Both the position numbers and the translations under genes were made by a program. The notes beneath the pieces were generated by a model, which saw nothing but the letters and a program-made list of their open reading frames with translations, made no database searches and was not told where the DNA came from. A stretch of 64,000 bases of DNA from Candidatus Krumholzibacteriota bacterium. Lineage in GTDB: Bacteria; Krumholzibacteriota; Krumholzibacteriia; JAJRXK01. Location of the stretch: positions 1,085 to 65,084 of the forward strand of contig CAVXTH010000006.1 of assembly GCA_963764625.1 (NCBI GenBank). Direction: 5' to 3'. Below, one piece after another: positions 18,042 to 28,401 of the stretch. Numbering within the stretch: position 1 is the first letter of the stretch; the number at the start of each line of letters is the position of its first letter.

Positions 18042-20750
18042 TCAGCGATTCAAATTCGTCCAGCCCATGACCATGTGCAGGGGCCGGTGATCGTCGGTCG
18101 CGCCCGCATCGCTCACCAGGAAACGTTGTCCGTCGGGCGTCACGCAGAACTCGTGGCCTACGGTCAGAGGAGGGGGAAAACTCGAGTTGACCAGAACCGC
18201 CTTCTCCGGACGCGGAATCTCGCCGCCAAGATCCAGCTCGGTCGCAAAGAGCCGGTTGTCGAATCCCTGGCTGTAGATCCGCTTTCCATCGGGACTCCAG
18301 CGCAGGAAGAAGCTGGGCTGCGTCGTGACCTGCCACTTGCGATTGGTGGGAGGAAAGCTCTTCAAGAAGGGCTGCAAGGAGTTGGACGAAACCACGATGA
18401 AGGCAATCCACTTGCCGTCGGGCGAGAAGTACCCGCCCACCGTGTTCTTGGAGCTCGCGTCGAGTACGATGGGTGGAGTGCTCAGATCCACTGGAGTGAT
18501 TTCTACCCGTATGATGGCTTTCCCATCCAGGCTGTCCCGTACCGTATACGAGAGGTACTTACCGTCCGGACTCACATCCACAACCTGGACGATGTCCTTG
18601 CGGTTGTACACGGGACGCGGATCTTCCTTCCCATCGGGCTCGATCGCGAAGATTGCCGTGCTGTCAGCCGACGTAACCTTGTAGTAGATGACTTTGCCGT
18701 CGCGCGACCAAACTGGAGCTTGTTCACTCGTTGCGGCGAAGGTGAGCCGGCTGTCCACTCCCGAATCCACCTGGTGTAGCCACAGATCACCGAAACCGGT
18801 GCGGCTATCCCACTTGGTGAACACCACTCGCTTGCCATCGGGCGAAATGTCGAATCCTCCCAGACCGCCCGCGGAATCGAGTTGGCCGAGACTCTTGCCC
18901 TCTCGGTCGACCCAGACCAGGCGCGTGCCGGCGGTTTCAGCATAGCCCGGATGATACACGAGGGTTCCGTTGGCGCTGGCCGAGAACAGGGCCAAGGACG
19001 CGCCAGGAATCAAGCCACAGTCCTTCGCGATCAGAATGGGACTTCCGGTGAACTCGCCCCTCGCAAGATCGAAAGCCCGCGCGAAGATGTTTCCGTTTTT
19101 CCGGTAGAGGATCTTGCCCGCGAGGTACTCGGCCTGCCCCGTGCTGTGGAGGATCGTCTTGGGCTCGCCCCCTTCGAGGTCCCCCAGCATGATGGCCACT
19201 GGCTCCTCGTTGCTCGAATCGGCGGTGCGCGCGGCAAAGAGGAAATGCCGCCCATCGTGCATACTTCTTGGGAGCCGGTGTGAATTCGCAGGCGTGCCCT
19301 GCGAAAGGTCGGTGACCGCCTTGGGCTTGCCACCCTTCAAATCGACGCGAAAGATCGGAGTCGAGGAATCCGGAGCAAAGAGGATGGTATCGTCCTTTAG
19401 CCAGCAACCTCCCTTGCCGTTGCTCGCATCAGCAATCACGCGGGTGCTCCCGCTCTCCATGTCGTAGATGTTCAGAGTTTGATTGCCAAAAAAGCCGATG
19501 GAGCGGCCGTCGGGGGCCCAGAAGGGGTACTGACTGTCTTCGGTCCCCACCAACTGGACCGGTTCTGCCTGATTGAGCTTGCGTAGCCACAGCGTATGCG
19601 TACCGCTGGAGTCACGGGCACCGAAGACGATGGAGCGGCCGTCGGGGGAGACGGCGGCGGGCGCCGGGTTCGCTCCGTTCAAGTGGAAGCCGGTATTTTC
19701 CGGCGGCTCGATGGAGCTGCGGAGCACTCCCGCGTTCTCGCCTTCGCCACGCTCGCCATCGCCGTGGCCCAGGGCGAGCGAGACCACCAAGGCCAGCGCG
19801 AACACCGCGGCGAGCCCCCAGGGGATCCACCGCGTTCGTTTCGCGACCACGGACACGCTTTCCTGCGCTTGCTGCGCCAGGGAAGCGTTGAGCGTCAGGC
19901 TGCTTGCCGGATCTTCGAGTAGAATGCGTGCTTCGCCCATGTCCCGCAGGCGCAGCTTCGGGTCGCGTTGCAGGCAGCGCTGGAGAAGCAGAGTGAGGGC
20001 GGGCGTCAGATCATCCGGTAGGCGATCGAAGTCGAGGTTTTCCTTGAGCACTCCGGCCAGGATCTCCGAGACGGAATCGCCCTGAAAGAGCGGCGCGCCA
20101 CAGAGCATCTCGAACAGAATGACCCCGAAGGCCCAGATGTCCGCCCGGCGATCGACCCGCTTGCCCTTGGCCTGTTCGGGGCTCATGTAGGCCGCGGTGC
20201 CCAAAATGGTGCCTGCCTGGGTCATGGCGGCGGTGATGGTGGGCGAGTTGGCCAGGTCGTCGTCGATCCCACTGTCCCCGGAGTAAGCGCGGGCCAGACC
20301 GAAGTCGAGGATCTTCACCGTACCGTCCGACGCGAGCTTCACGTTGGCCGGCTTGAGATCGCGGTGGACCACTCCCTTCTCGTGCGCGTCTTCCAGCCCC
20401 AGGGCCATCTGACGGGCAATTTCGGTCACTTCCTCCACCGGAATGGGCCCTCGGGCGATGCGCGCGCTGAGGTCCTCACCCTCGGCCAGCTCCATGGCGA
20501 GAAAGCTCTGCCCCTTGTCCTCCTCGAAGCCGTAGATCGCCGCGATGTTGGGGTGATTCAGGGACGCCAGCACTTTCGCCTCGCGGCGGAAACGCGCCAT
20601 GCGCTCGGCGTCGCTGGCCAAATCCAGAGGGAGGAGTTTGAGCGCAACCTCGCGATCGAGAGCGGTGTCCCGCGCGCGCCACACCTCGCCCATGCCTCCC
20701 TGGCCCAGCTTCTCCAGGATCTCGTAGTGGGAGAGCGTCTTACCGATCAC
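18042..20750 (-). CDS. Ser/Thr protein kinase fused to TolB-like beta-propeller (tandem paralog of 15264..17984)
   Basis: GTG start (VIGKTLSHYEILEKLGQGGMGEVWRA). HRDLKPANVKL and DFGLARA are present. Same architecture as the upstream paralog. Confidence 0.85.
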   Translation of the reverse strand: MIGKTLSHYEILEKLGQGGMGEVWRARDTALDREVALKLLPLDLASDAERMARFRREAKVLASLNHPNIAAIYGFEEDKGQSFLAMELAEGEDLSARIARGPIPVEEVTEIARQMALGLEDAHEKGVVHRDLKPANVKLASDGTVKILDFGLARAYSGDSGIDDDLANSPTITAAMTQAGTILGTAAYMSPEQAKGKRVDRRADIWAFGVILFEMLCGAPLFQGDSVSEILAGVLKENLDFDRLPDDLTPALTLLLQRCLQRDPKLRLRDMGEARILLEDPASSLTLNASLAQQAQESVSVVAKRTRWIPWGLAAVFALALVVSLALGHGDGERGEGENAGVLRSSIEPPENTGFHLNGANPAPAAVSPDGRSIVFGARDSSGTHTLWLRKLNQAEPVQLVGTEDSQYPFWAPDGRSIGFFGNQTLNIYDMESGSTRVIADASNGKGGCWLKDDTILFAPDSSTPIFRVDLKGGKPKAVTDLSQGTPANSHRLPRSMHDGRHFLFAARTADSSNEEPVAIMLGDLEGGEPKTILHSTGQAEYLAGKILYRKNGNIFARAFDLARGEFTGSPILIAKDCGLIPGASLALFSASANGTLVYHPGYAETAGTRLVWVDREGKSLGQLDSAGGLGGFDISPDGKRVVFTKWDSRTGFGDLWLHQVDSGVDSRLTFAATSEQAPVWSRDGKVIYYKVTSADSTAIFAIEPDGKEDPRPVYNRKDIVQVVDVSPDGKYLSYTVRDSLDGKAIIRVEITPVDLSTPPIVLDASSKNTVGGYFSPDGKWIAFIVVSSNSLQPFLKSFPPTNRKWQVTTQPSFFLRWSPDGKRIYSQGFDNRLFATELDLGGEIPRPEKAVLVNSSFPPPLTVGHEFCVTPDGQRFLVSDAGATDDHRPLHMVMGWTNLNR

Positions 20751-20901
20751 GGGATCATCCGATGGTGTTCAGGGGGAAATCCTCAAGAAATTCTAGCTTC
20801 GGCAAGGCGCATTCGCCGGGGGAAATATGCTACGCTACATCCGCCTACCCGTCCATGTGGCACAACGGGGATGTCCCAAACCCCTAAAGGAAGGTTCATT
20901 C

Positions 20902-21735
20902 ATGAGAAGATATCTAGTGCTATCGCTTCTCACTTTGTTCGTGCTCGCCGCGGCTAGCCCGGCCCTGGCGAACCACTTCACAGACTTCACGCCCGCTGCG
21001 GACTGTTCGGGCTGGAGTGTCTCGGGATCGGTCGATCTGGTCGGGGATCCCTACTCGGACCTGAACTACAGTGTCGTGCTCAACGACGGAACTTCGGATA
21101 TCAAGACCTTCTCCGACACGATTCACTTCACGCCCGAAAGCCTGGACTTCTCGATCGGCTCCGATTGGGGGATGGAACTGTGCGGAGATTTCACGGCCAC
21201 CGGAACTTTCAATCTGGTGGGACCACAGGGTGGAGATGACAGGAGCTTCGAGATCACCTTCACCTGCGATTGTCCGCCGCCACCGCCTCCTCCTTCGGAG
21301 GGATGCACGCGGACGCCCGGCTACTGGAAGACGCATCCGGACGATTGGCCGGTTAGCGGTCTGACGGTGGGCTGCGTCGACTACACCGAGGCGCAGATCC
21401 TCGAGATCATGTGGATGCCCACGCGGGGTGATGCCACGATCAAGCTGTTCCATCACCTCGTTGCCGCCAAATTGAATGTTCTGAACGGGGCCAGCGACTC
21501 CATTTCGGACGACATCGATGCGGCGGACGACTTTCTGTGTGACCATGCTCTCTTCAGCCGGCCCGCGGGCGATCTGAAGACGACGTGCAACGACCTGAAG
21601 GACACCTTGGAGTACTACAACCAGGCGTCCGACTGCGATGGTGGCTACGAGAGTAGCGTGGTGACCCAACGCTGGTCCGCCATGACTCCGGCGCAGTCGA
21701 AGAGTTGGGGCTCGGTAAAAGCCTCGTTCAAGTAG
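20902..21735 (+). CDS. secreted protein with poly-Pro linker and C-terminal ...KSWGSVKASFK motif (terminal tag family)
   Basis: RBS aaaggaagg precedes ATG 20902. Signal peptide MRRYLVLSLLTLFVLAAASPALA. CDCPPPPPPPSEGC linker. Confidence 0.55.
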   Translation: MRRYLVLSLLTLFVLAAASPALANHFTDFTPAADCSGWSVSGSVDLVGDPYSDLNYSVVLNDGTSDIKTFSDTIHFTPESLDFSIGSDWGMELCGDFTATGTFNLVGPQGGDDRSFEITFTCDCPPPPPPPSEGCTRTPGYWKTHPDDWPVSGLTVGCVDYTEAQILEIMWMPTRGDATIKLFHHLVAAKLNVLNGASDSISDDIDAADDFLCDHALFSRPAGDLKTTCNDLKDTLEYYNQASDCDGGYESSVVTQRWSAMTPAQSKSWGSVKASFK

Positions 21736-21842
21736 TCAGGATTCTTTAGGAAAATTGCGGCTTGTCGGCTCGGGGAAAGGTGATTTCCCCGAGCCTTTTT
21801 TGTCAGCAGACGGAGCTGAGCCGTCCGGTCGGGCCGAGCCCT

Positions 21843-22784
21843 CTACTGCCCACCGCCATTCGCGTCCTTGAGGAAGCGGTAGAACTCCCCCTTGGTGGAA
21901 AGCACGAGCAGACTCTTCGGGTCGATCGTCGTCTCGTAGCTCTTCATGGTCTGTGTGAACTCGAACAAGCTTCGCGTGTCGGGAGAGCGATCATAGGCCG
22001 AGGCATAGATCGCGGTGGCCTTGGCGTCGGCCTTTCCCTTGATTTCCTGGGCCTGGCGATACGCTTCGGACTGGATGCGCAACAGCTCGCGGTCCTTCTC
22101 CCCGCGAATGCGCGAGGCTTCTCCCTGCCCTTCGCTGCGGAAGCGATCCGCGATGCGATTACGCTCGGCGATCATGCGCTCGTAGACCTTCTGCTGGACT
22201 TCTTCGACGTAGTTGATGCGCTTGAATTCGATGTCCAGAATCTCGATTCCCAGGTCACCCGTACGCGCGCGTGCGTTTTCCAAAACCTCTTTCCGCACCT
22301 GATCACGGCCGAACTTGATGGGCGTGAGCTTGATCTCGTCCTCGGGAAGGGTGTCCCCCTCTTCGGGAACTCGATTCGTGCTGCGCACCACCTCGACCAC
22401 GTCGTACTTGGCGATGGCATTGCGCGTCTCACCGTCGAGGATGTCATCGAGCCGGGTCTGGGCCCCGCGCTCATCTCGCAGCCTCTGGAAGTAGAGAAGG
22501 GGGTCGGTGATACGCCAGCGGGCATAGGTGTCCACCCAGATGAAGCGTTTGTCCTTGGTGGGAAGCTGATTTGCGTCACCGTCCCATTCGAGGAATCTCT
22601 TCTCGAAACGGTGGACTTTCTGGATGAGGGGCACTTTCAGCTTCAGGCCGGGAGTGGTGATGGGTTCGCCCACCGGCTTGCCGAACTGGGTGATGATGAC
22701 CTGCTCGTACTCCTTGACCACGTAGAAGGGATTCGCGATCGACAAGATGATGAGGGCAGCGATGAGGATGACGAAGATACGCAT
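21843..22784 (-). CDS. hflC: HflC (SPFH/band-7 protease modulator)
   Basis: N-terminal TM segment plus band-7 domain. The start overlaps the hflK stop (ATGA). GTG-ATG start region at 22782-22787. Confidence 0.85.
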   Translation of the reverse strand: MRIFVILIAALIILSIANPFYVVKEYEQVIITQFGKPVGEPITTPGLKLKVPLIQKVHRFEKRFLEWDGDANQLPTKDKRFIWVDTYARWRITDPLLYFQRLRDERGAQTRLDDILDGETRNAIAKYDVVEVVRSTNRVPEEGDTLPEDEIKLTPIKFGRDQVRKEVLENARARTGDLGIEILDIEFKRINYVEEVQQKVYERMIAERNRIADRFRSEGQGEASRIRGEKDRELLRIQSEAYRQAQEIKGKADAKATAIYASAYDRSPDTRSLFEFTQTMKSYETTIDPKSLLVLSTKGEFYRFLKDANGGGQ

Positions 22785-23779
22785 CACTGATCACCTTCCT
22801 TCGCCGCACCGAGTTCTTGCAGATTGAGCAAAGGCAGAACTCCCTTGACCGCGTCGTCGACCACGATCTTGCGTTCGACTTGGGGCAGAATCTTGGTCAT
22901 CGTTTCGATGTAGATGCGCTTGCGGGTGACTTCCGGCGCCTTGCGATACGCTTCGTAGAGAGAGTTGAACCGCGTGGCGTCACCCTGGGACCGGTTCACC
23001 CGGTTGAGAGCGTAACCTTCGGCCTCCTGGATGGTCTGTTGGGCTTCGCCCTGCGCGCGCGGAATGACCTTGTTGTACTCGCTCTGCGCCACATTGATGA
23101 GCCTCTCGCGCTCCTGCTGGGCTTGGTTGACCGCGTTGAACGAGGGCTTCACCGGGTCGGGTGGATTGACGTCTTGAAGCACGACCTGCTCGATCTTGAT
23201 CCCGGTCTCGTAATGTTGGCAGAGATCCTGCAGCCGCTTGTCCACCTCGAGGGCGACCTCGGCACGGCCCACCGTGAGTACCTCGTTCACGGTGCGGTCG
23301 CCGACCACGCTGCGCATGACCGCTTCGCTCATGTCCCTCAGCGTGTCGTCCACGTTCCGGACTCGAAACAGGTATTTGTAGGGGTCGACGATCCGGTACT
23401 GAATGACCCACTCGACGACCGCGGCATTGAGATCTCCGGTGAGCATGTTCGACTCGTCGGTATAGCCACGGGTGGTGAACTGGCTGTTCACTCCGGCACT
23501 GAGGGTCCGGAATCCGAACTCGGCCTTGAGCTGGCGTTGGATCGGAACCTTGAGCGCGGTTTCGACTCCGAAGGGGATTTTCATGTGTAGACCCGGATCG
23601 GCAGTTCGAACGTACTTGCCGAAGCGCAGGACAAGAGCGACCTCTTCGGGCTCGACGGTATAGAAGCTCGTCGAGACGAAAATGAGGGCGATCACGACGA
23701 GCACGATGATCCGGAAGACGTTTGCGCTGGGTCCCCTGGGCATTCGACTCTTGATTTCTTCAAACACTTCATCGGTCAT
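22784..23779 (-). CDS. hflK: HflK (SPFH/band-7 protease modulator)
   Basis: N-terminal TM segment and SPFH domain (PGLHMKIPFGVE...). Operonic with hflC. Confidence 0.85.
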   Translation of the reverse strand: MTDEVFEEIKSRMPRGPSANVFRIIVLVVIALIFVSTSFYTVEPEEVALVLRFGKYVRTADPGLHMKIPFGVETALKVPIQRQLKAEFGFRTLSAGVNSQFTTRGYTDESNMLTGDLNAAVVEWVIQYRIVDPYKYLFRVRNVDDTLRDMSEAVMRSVVGDRTVNEVLTVGRAEVALEVDKRLQDLCQHYETGIKIEQVVLQDVNPPDPVKPSFNAVNQAQQERERLINVAQSEYNKVIPRAQGEAQQTIQEAEGYALNRVNRSQGDATRFNSLYEAYRKAPEVTRKRIYIETMTKILPQVERKIVVDDAVKGVLPLLNLQELGAAKEGDQ

Positions 23780-23986
23780 GCTGGCTTCCTCCGAGGGCGT
23801 AGGCGGGATCGCGGGGCGGATCCCGCGGCTGAACTGGCGGGCGCGAGTGGCAGTCTACATGCAGAAGACGGCTGAGGACACAGAAAGAGTGAATTCGACC
23901 CCCGGTGCCCACTCCGTGCCCCTGGTTGACTTGGAACCGCGATTCTGGCAGCCTTAGAGGGTCTCCTCCCCCGATCTCGTCGAATC

Positions 23987-24379
23987 GTGGCATCTCGTCG
24001 TTCCGATCAACCTCGTCTCCCGCCACCGTGTCGCGTGCGTACGCTCGCAGCGGTCGTGAATTCGCTCGACCCTACGCGCGCGATCGATCGGCATCAACTC
24101 TCCAAGGGTGACGCGGTAGTGGTCCAGACCCGGAATTCTCTCTATCGCCTCATGACCCTGGCCGACGGCAGCTTCGTGGTGGAGGGTGGGTGGTTCTCAC
24201 AACAGGGAAGTGGCCCCAGCCGGGTGGGGGTGGCCGGCTGCAGCTTCGGGGGCAGCGCCATCTGGAGCCGGGTCGTGGCGGCCCCCGGACTTTTCCTGGA
24301 GTTTGGTAACGGGGTGCGGACCACGCGGATTCAGTCCACTTGGGTTGAGCACCCGGGAGCCCGTTCCTCGATCAACTAG
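23987..24379 (+). CDS. hypothetical protein (weak)
   Basis: Only an ORF in an otherwise empty 600-bp gap. Non-ATG start. No family recognised. Confidence 0.2.
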   Translation: MASRRSDQPRLPPPCRVRTLAAVVNSLDPTRAIDRHQLSKGDAVVVQTRNSLYRLMTLADGSFVVEGGWFSQQGSGPSRVGVAGCSFGGSAIWSRVVAAPGLFLEFGNGVRTTRIQSTWVEHPGARSSIN

Positions 24380-24393
24380 CTTTCCACCGGCAG

Positions 24394-24801
24394 TTAGATG
24401 CCCGCGTGGCGGTCGTAGCCCTTGAGCAGGGTATGGGACGCCTTTTCCAATGCCGCGCGCCATTCTCCCGCGAGCTCATCGTTCCAATTTTCTCCAAGAA
24501 CCTTCTGCAGAGTGACGAGCATGGCGTCGCACCACATCGGATAGAGGTCGGGAGGGATCGTCCAGCGGTGGTGCCGGGTTCCCAGGTGGCGCAGGTAGTG
24601 ATCGATGGCCGCGTGATCCTTGACGGTGTGCTGCACGATGGTAGACAGCGCCATGGTGAGCACCAGCTCCTGCCGTGCCATGTCGATCCCCTCGAAGTAG
24701 GGCACCACGGTGGGATTGTTCAAGAGGAAGTACTCGTAGAAGCTCTTCCCGAAGAGCTCCTTGGACTCGAGAATGAGGTCGAGACTCTCGGAGATGTTCA
24801 T
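24394..24801 (-). CDS. globin-like protein (single-domain bacterial globin/protoglobin-like)
   Basis: ATG 24801 (MNISESL...). FYEYFLLNNPTVVPYF...HLGTRHH is a helical globin-like pattern with candidate proximal His. Confidence 0.55.
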   Translation of the reverse strand: MNISESLDLILESKELFGKSFYEYFLLNNPTVVPYFEGIDMARQELVLTMALSTIVQHTVKDHAAIDHYLRHLGTRHHRWTIPPDLYPMWCDAMLVTLQKVLGENWNDELAGEWRAALEKASHTLLKGYDRHAGI

Positions 24802-24811
24802 ACTTTCATCC

Positions 24812-27610
24812 TCACGATTTCTGCTTCAGAAGTGCCTGGAAGCGCGCATTGTCCCGCAGGGGATCGTAGTCGGGAGAGCTCTTCAGTAGGGCCAGAGAGG
24901 TCGCATCCTGGGGCTGGCTCAACAACTCCTCCAGGATCGAAACTGCACGGTCACTATCACCGACCCTCGCGTAGATCAGAGCGAGGTCGTGTTGGCGAAA
25001 AACCCGCGTCCAGGCGTCGACGCGCGCGGGGAAAGCGTCCAGTGCCTTCTTGCCCTCACTGATCGCAGCCTCCTTTTCGCCCAGACCCGCCAGTGCGAGG
25101 CCGAGGGCGCTGTGGAGCGTGGAGGTGTCGGGGGCTTTCTCGAGGGCATGGCTCAGGAGATCGCGCGCGCGCTCGAATTCCGACTTTGATTTCCCGGATT
25201 GATCCATCGCACTGTACACCATGGCTCGCAACAGGGGACCACAGAGGGCTTGGAATTGCCCGCCAGCGAGATCGGGTACCTGCTGGGCCACCGAGAGCGC
25301 CCCCGCGTAGTCGTGAGTGGTGAAGGCGCTCGCATAGGTGACGAACCGCAAATCGCTGGTATCAGTCTGCGGACTGGCCGACAGGTCTTCCTTGGCCTGG
25401 GCGAAATCGCCTTTGAGTAGGGACGCCCATGCCTTGGATTCGTAGAGAGTGGCACTGCTCGGATCGAGCCCGATCGCGCGGGTGTAGAAATCTTCGGCTT
25501 CCTGGTATCGGCCCAGAACCTGGAGGGTCTGGGCCATGTCGAAGCAGGTTGTGGAGCTCTTCGGCGCGAGCTTCGAGACCCTTTGAAAGGTATCGAGTGC
25601 ATCCTGAAATCGTCCCTGGCGCCGCCGAATATAGCCAATCACCGAGAGGGTTTTCGCGTCTTGCGGACGGCTCTTCAGGGCTTCATCGAACGCGGCAAGT
25701 GCCGGCTCGTAGTCTTTCAATCCCCAATAGTAGAAATAGCCGCGCGCGACATACGAGTCGGGGGAATCCGGAGCGAGGAGAAAGGCCTTGTCGACCGCGG
25801 CCTTCGACTGCGCCAGTCGCACTTCAGATCGGTCCCAGCCGAAGTGCACGAAGCCGGCATTCGCCTGTGCGATCTGCACGTAGGCCAATTGGAACTCGGG
25901 ATCGAGTTCGACAGCGCGTCGCAGCAGACGGAGAGCTTCCTCCCACACGCCCTGCGTGTATTGGACCCTGCCCTCGAGAAGTTCCCAGGCACGCAGATAC
26001 GCGTGATAGGCGTCCATGTTTTGGGTGGGAACCGAGGCGAGCACCTCTTCATCCTTTTGCACCAGCGTCACATCGAGTTTGCGCACCACTGCTTCGGCGA
26101 TCTCACTCTGGACTTTGAAGACCTCATCCATGGAGCGGTCGTAGTTTTCCGCCCATACGTAGGAATCGTCTTTGGCTTTGATGAGTTGCGGGGAGATGCG
26201 AACCCGGCTCGCACCCTCCTTCGTGCGCTCCCAGCGGATGGAGCCTTCCAGCACGTAGTCGATGCCCAGGTCCTTCGCCACCTGGTCCATGGTTTTCCCG
26301 TTGCGGTCATACTGTTGCGCGCTGGTGCGGGAGAGCACTGACAACCCCGCGATGCCGGCCAATCGCGTGGTGATCTCGTCGGTCATGCCGGCCGCGAAGT
26401 ACTGGTCGTCGGCGGAACCCAAATTCTCGAAGGGGAAGACCACGATGGTGGGCTTGTGACCGGTGGCTTCGGGACTCGTGGCCGCGGACGGCGAGCTCAG
26501 GCCTTTGGTCGTTTCGCCCGGCGGGCCCACGCGACGCGACTGCATCCAGACCACGACCAGAGCGAGGACGACCACGATGCCGATGGTGGAGAGCCAGAGG
26601 ACGCGGGCTTTGGACGAGCGCGGTGGCCCCGCCGTCTCGAAAGAGGGGGCGGAACCCTGCGAGGGGCGGCTTACCTCGGCGGAACTCTGAGCCGGCGGGT
26701 ACGAAGCGCCGGCTGCCGCGGTTGCCGGCGCGACTTCCGGCGCGGCGTGTTCCCCCGAGAGAACTTCCTCGCGCAGAATTTCCAGATCGTAGCGAAGCCC
26801 TTTAGCCGACTCGTAGCGCCGATCGGGATTCTTCTCCAGGCAGCGGCGAATGATGCGGCTGAGCTGACGTGGCAGACCCGGCTTGATGTTGGACACGGGA
26901 GTGGGATCGTCGCGGAGCACTGAACTGATGGTGGACATGCTCGTGTCGCCGGAGAAGGGTCGCGTCCCCGTGATCATCTGGTAGAAGATGATCCCCAGCG
27001 AAAAGACATCCGAGCGCGAGTCCACCGCTTTGCCTTCCGCCTGCTCGGGGGACATGTAAGCCGCGGTTCCCAGGATGTTCCCTTCACGCGTCATGTCCTT
27101 TCCGACGGCCAGGGTTGCCTCGGACCCGTCGAAGGCCTCTTCGAGCAGTTTCGCCAGGCCGAAATCGAGAATCTTTACCCGGCCGTCTTGGTCGAGCATG
27201 ATGTTGTCGGGTTTCAAATCGCGATGTGTGATCCCTTTCGCGTGGGCCGCGCTTACTGCCCCCGCAATGGGAATGGCCAGGTTCAGGAACTCGCGCAGCT
27301 GCATTCCCTCCTGGCGAATGTGTTCCCGGAGAGTGGATCCCTCCACCAGCTCCATGATCAGAAGCAGCTGATTCTCGACCTCCTCCACCGCGTGGATCGT
27401 CACGACGTTGGGATGGTTGAGGGCGGCGATGGCACGCGCCTCACGTTCAAAGCGGGCCTTGCGATGCGCATCCTTCGCGAAATCGGGGGGCAAGACCTTC
27501 AATGCGACCTCGCGGCCCAACTTCGTGTCGCGTGCGCGGTAGACGTTTCCCATGCCTCCTTGACCCAGGAGCGCGAGGATCTCGTAATGGGAGATGGTTT
27601 TGCCGATCAA
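24812..27610 (-). CDS. Ser/Thr protein kinase with TM segment, TolB-N-like domain and TPR repeats
   Basis: TTG start (LIGKTISHYEILALLGQGGMGNVYRA). HRDLKPDNIML and DFGLAK are present. A TM helix is followed by PTIVVFPFENLGSADDQYFAAGMTDEITTRLAGIAGLSVLSRTS and TPR-like repeats. Confidence 0.85.
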   Translation of the reverse strand: MIGKTISHYEILALLGQGGMGNVYRARDTKLGREVALKVLPPDFAKDAHRKARFEREARAIAALNHPNVVTIHAVEEVENQLLLIMELVEGSTLREHIRQEGMQLREFLNLAIPIAGAVSAAHAKGITHRDLKPDNIMLDQDGRVKILDFGLAKLLEEAFDGSEATLAVGKDMTREGNILGTAAYMSPEQAEGKAVDSRSDVFSLGIIFYQMITGTRPFSGDTSMSTISSVLRDDPTPVSNIKPGLPRQLSRIIRRCLEKNPDRRYESAKGLRYDLEILREEVLSGEHAAPEVAPATAAAGASYPPAQSSAEVSRPSQGSAPSFETAGPPRSSKARVLWLSTIGIVVVLALVVVWMQSRRVGPPGETTKGLSSPSAATSPEATGHKPTIVVFPFENLGSADDQYFAAGMTDEITTRLAGIAGLSVLSRTSAQQYDRNGKTMDQVAKDLGIDYVLEGSIRWERTKEGASRVRISPQLIKAKDDSYVWAENYDRSMDEVFKVQSEIAEAVVRKLDVTLVQKDEEVLASVPTQNMDAYHAYLRAWELLEGRVQYTQGVWEEALRLLRRAVELDPEFQLAYVQIAQANAGFVHFGWDRSEVRLAQSKAAVDKAFLLAPDSPDSYVARGYFYYWGLKDYEPALAAFDEALKSRPQDAKTLSVIGYIRRRQGRFQDALDTFQRVSKLAPKSSTTCFDMAQTLQVLGRYQEAEDFYTRAIGLDPSSATLYESKAWASLLKGDFAQAKEDLSASPQTDTSDLRFVTYASAFTTHDYAGALSVAQQVPDLAGGQFQALCGPLLRAMVYSAMDQSGKSKSEFERARDLLSHALEKAPDTSTLHSALGLALAGLGEKEAAISEGKKALDAFPARVDAWTRVFRQHDLALIYARVGDSDRAVSILEELLSQPQDATSLALLKSSPDYDPLRDNARFQALLKQKS

Positions 27611-27753
27611 TGAGGTATCTTCTGGAATGGGGGAGAGACTATCCTAGACGCTTCGGCCCGCAGGGGCAATGCTAAGCAGCGCTCGCGCAGGAGAGAGTTA
27701 GCTCTTCCAGTGGGGAAGCGAGGACTTCCGCGGAAAGGAGGGAGGGTCTGACC

Positions 27754-28401
27754 ATGCCCCGACGATTCTATTCAGACCTGGGTTTGGCCGCGGCGCTAGC
27801 TCTGGCCCTGAGCGCTCTCGGTGCGGGTCGAAGCAACCGCACGATGGGTCCGTTTCCGGGTTCCAGTGCCCAATCCGATTCGCTGGAGGAGAACCCTCAG
27901 ACCTGGCCGGTCGTCTTCAGTCGGGTGCTGCGGGTGGTGCCGGGGGCGGCGCGCCAGATCACTCTCGACTGGGACGGCCTGAAGGCGCGGCAATTCTACC
28001 TGCGACTCGATGCGGTGGAACCATTCGACGCTTCGCTCGTGCGCAAGTTCGACGGTTCGATCCTCTACAGCGGACACATGGAATCTCATCACGAGGCTCT
28101 CATCCCCTGGGGCAAGGGCGAGGCCGCCGACCTAAGCCTGAGCACGCACAAAGCCCATCGGGTGGAGGATCAGGACCAAGCCCTGTACGTCACTCTGACT
28201 CTGGCGAGAGACAAGGACGAGGAGAGACTGGCCATCTACTCCTTCCAACTGAATCGCTTCCTCTGGTTTTACCGGCTGCATGATCTCGTGGCCGCCAAGC
28301 GAGCCCTGGACAAGGCGGTCATGGAAGATCCGCAGGACAGCGTGGCGCTCGCTCTCTGGCAACGAATTTCCCAGGAATCGGAATCGTGGCAAAAGCACTG
28401 A
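27754..28401 (+). CDS. hypothetical secreted protein
   Basis: Signal-like N-terminus MPRRFYSDLGLAAALALALSALGAG. No family recognised. Confidence 0.45.
   Translation: MPRRFYSDLGLAAALALALSALGAGRSNRTMGPFPGSSAQSDSLEENPQTWPVVFSRVLRVVPGAARQITLDWDGLKARQFYLRLDAVEPFDASLVRKFDGSILYSGHMESHHEALIPWGKGEAADLSLSTHKAHRVEDQDQALYVTLTLARDKDEERLAIYSFQLNRFLWFYRLHDLVAAKRALDKAVMEDPQDSVALALWQRISQESESWQKH

Noticed and set aside
21762-23590. +strand ORFs 21762..22790 and 22817..23590
   Set aside because: Antisense to hflC/hflK. No motifs.
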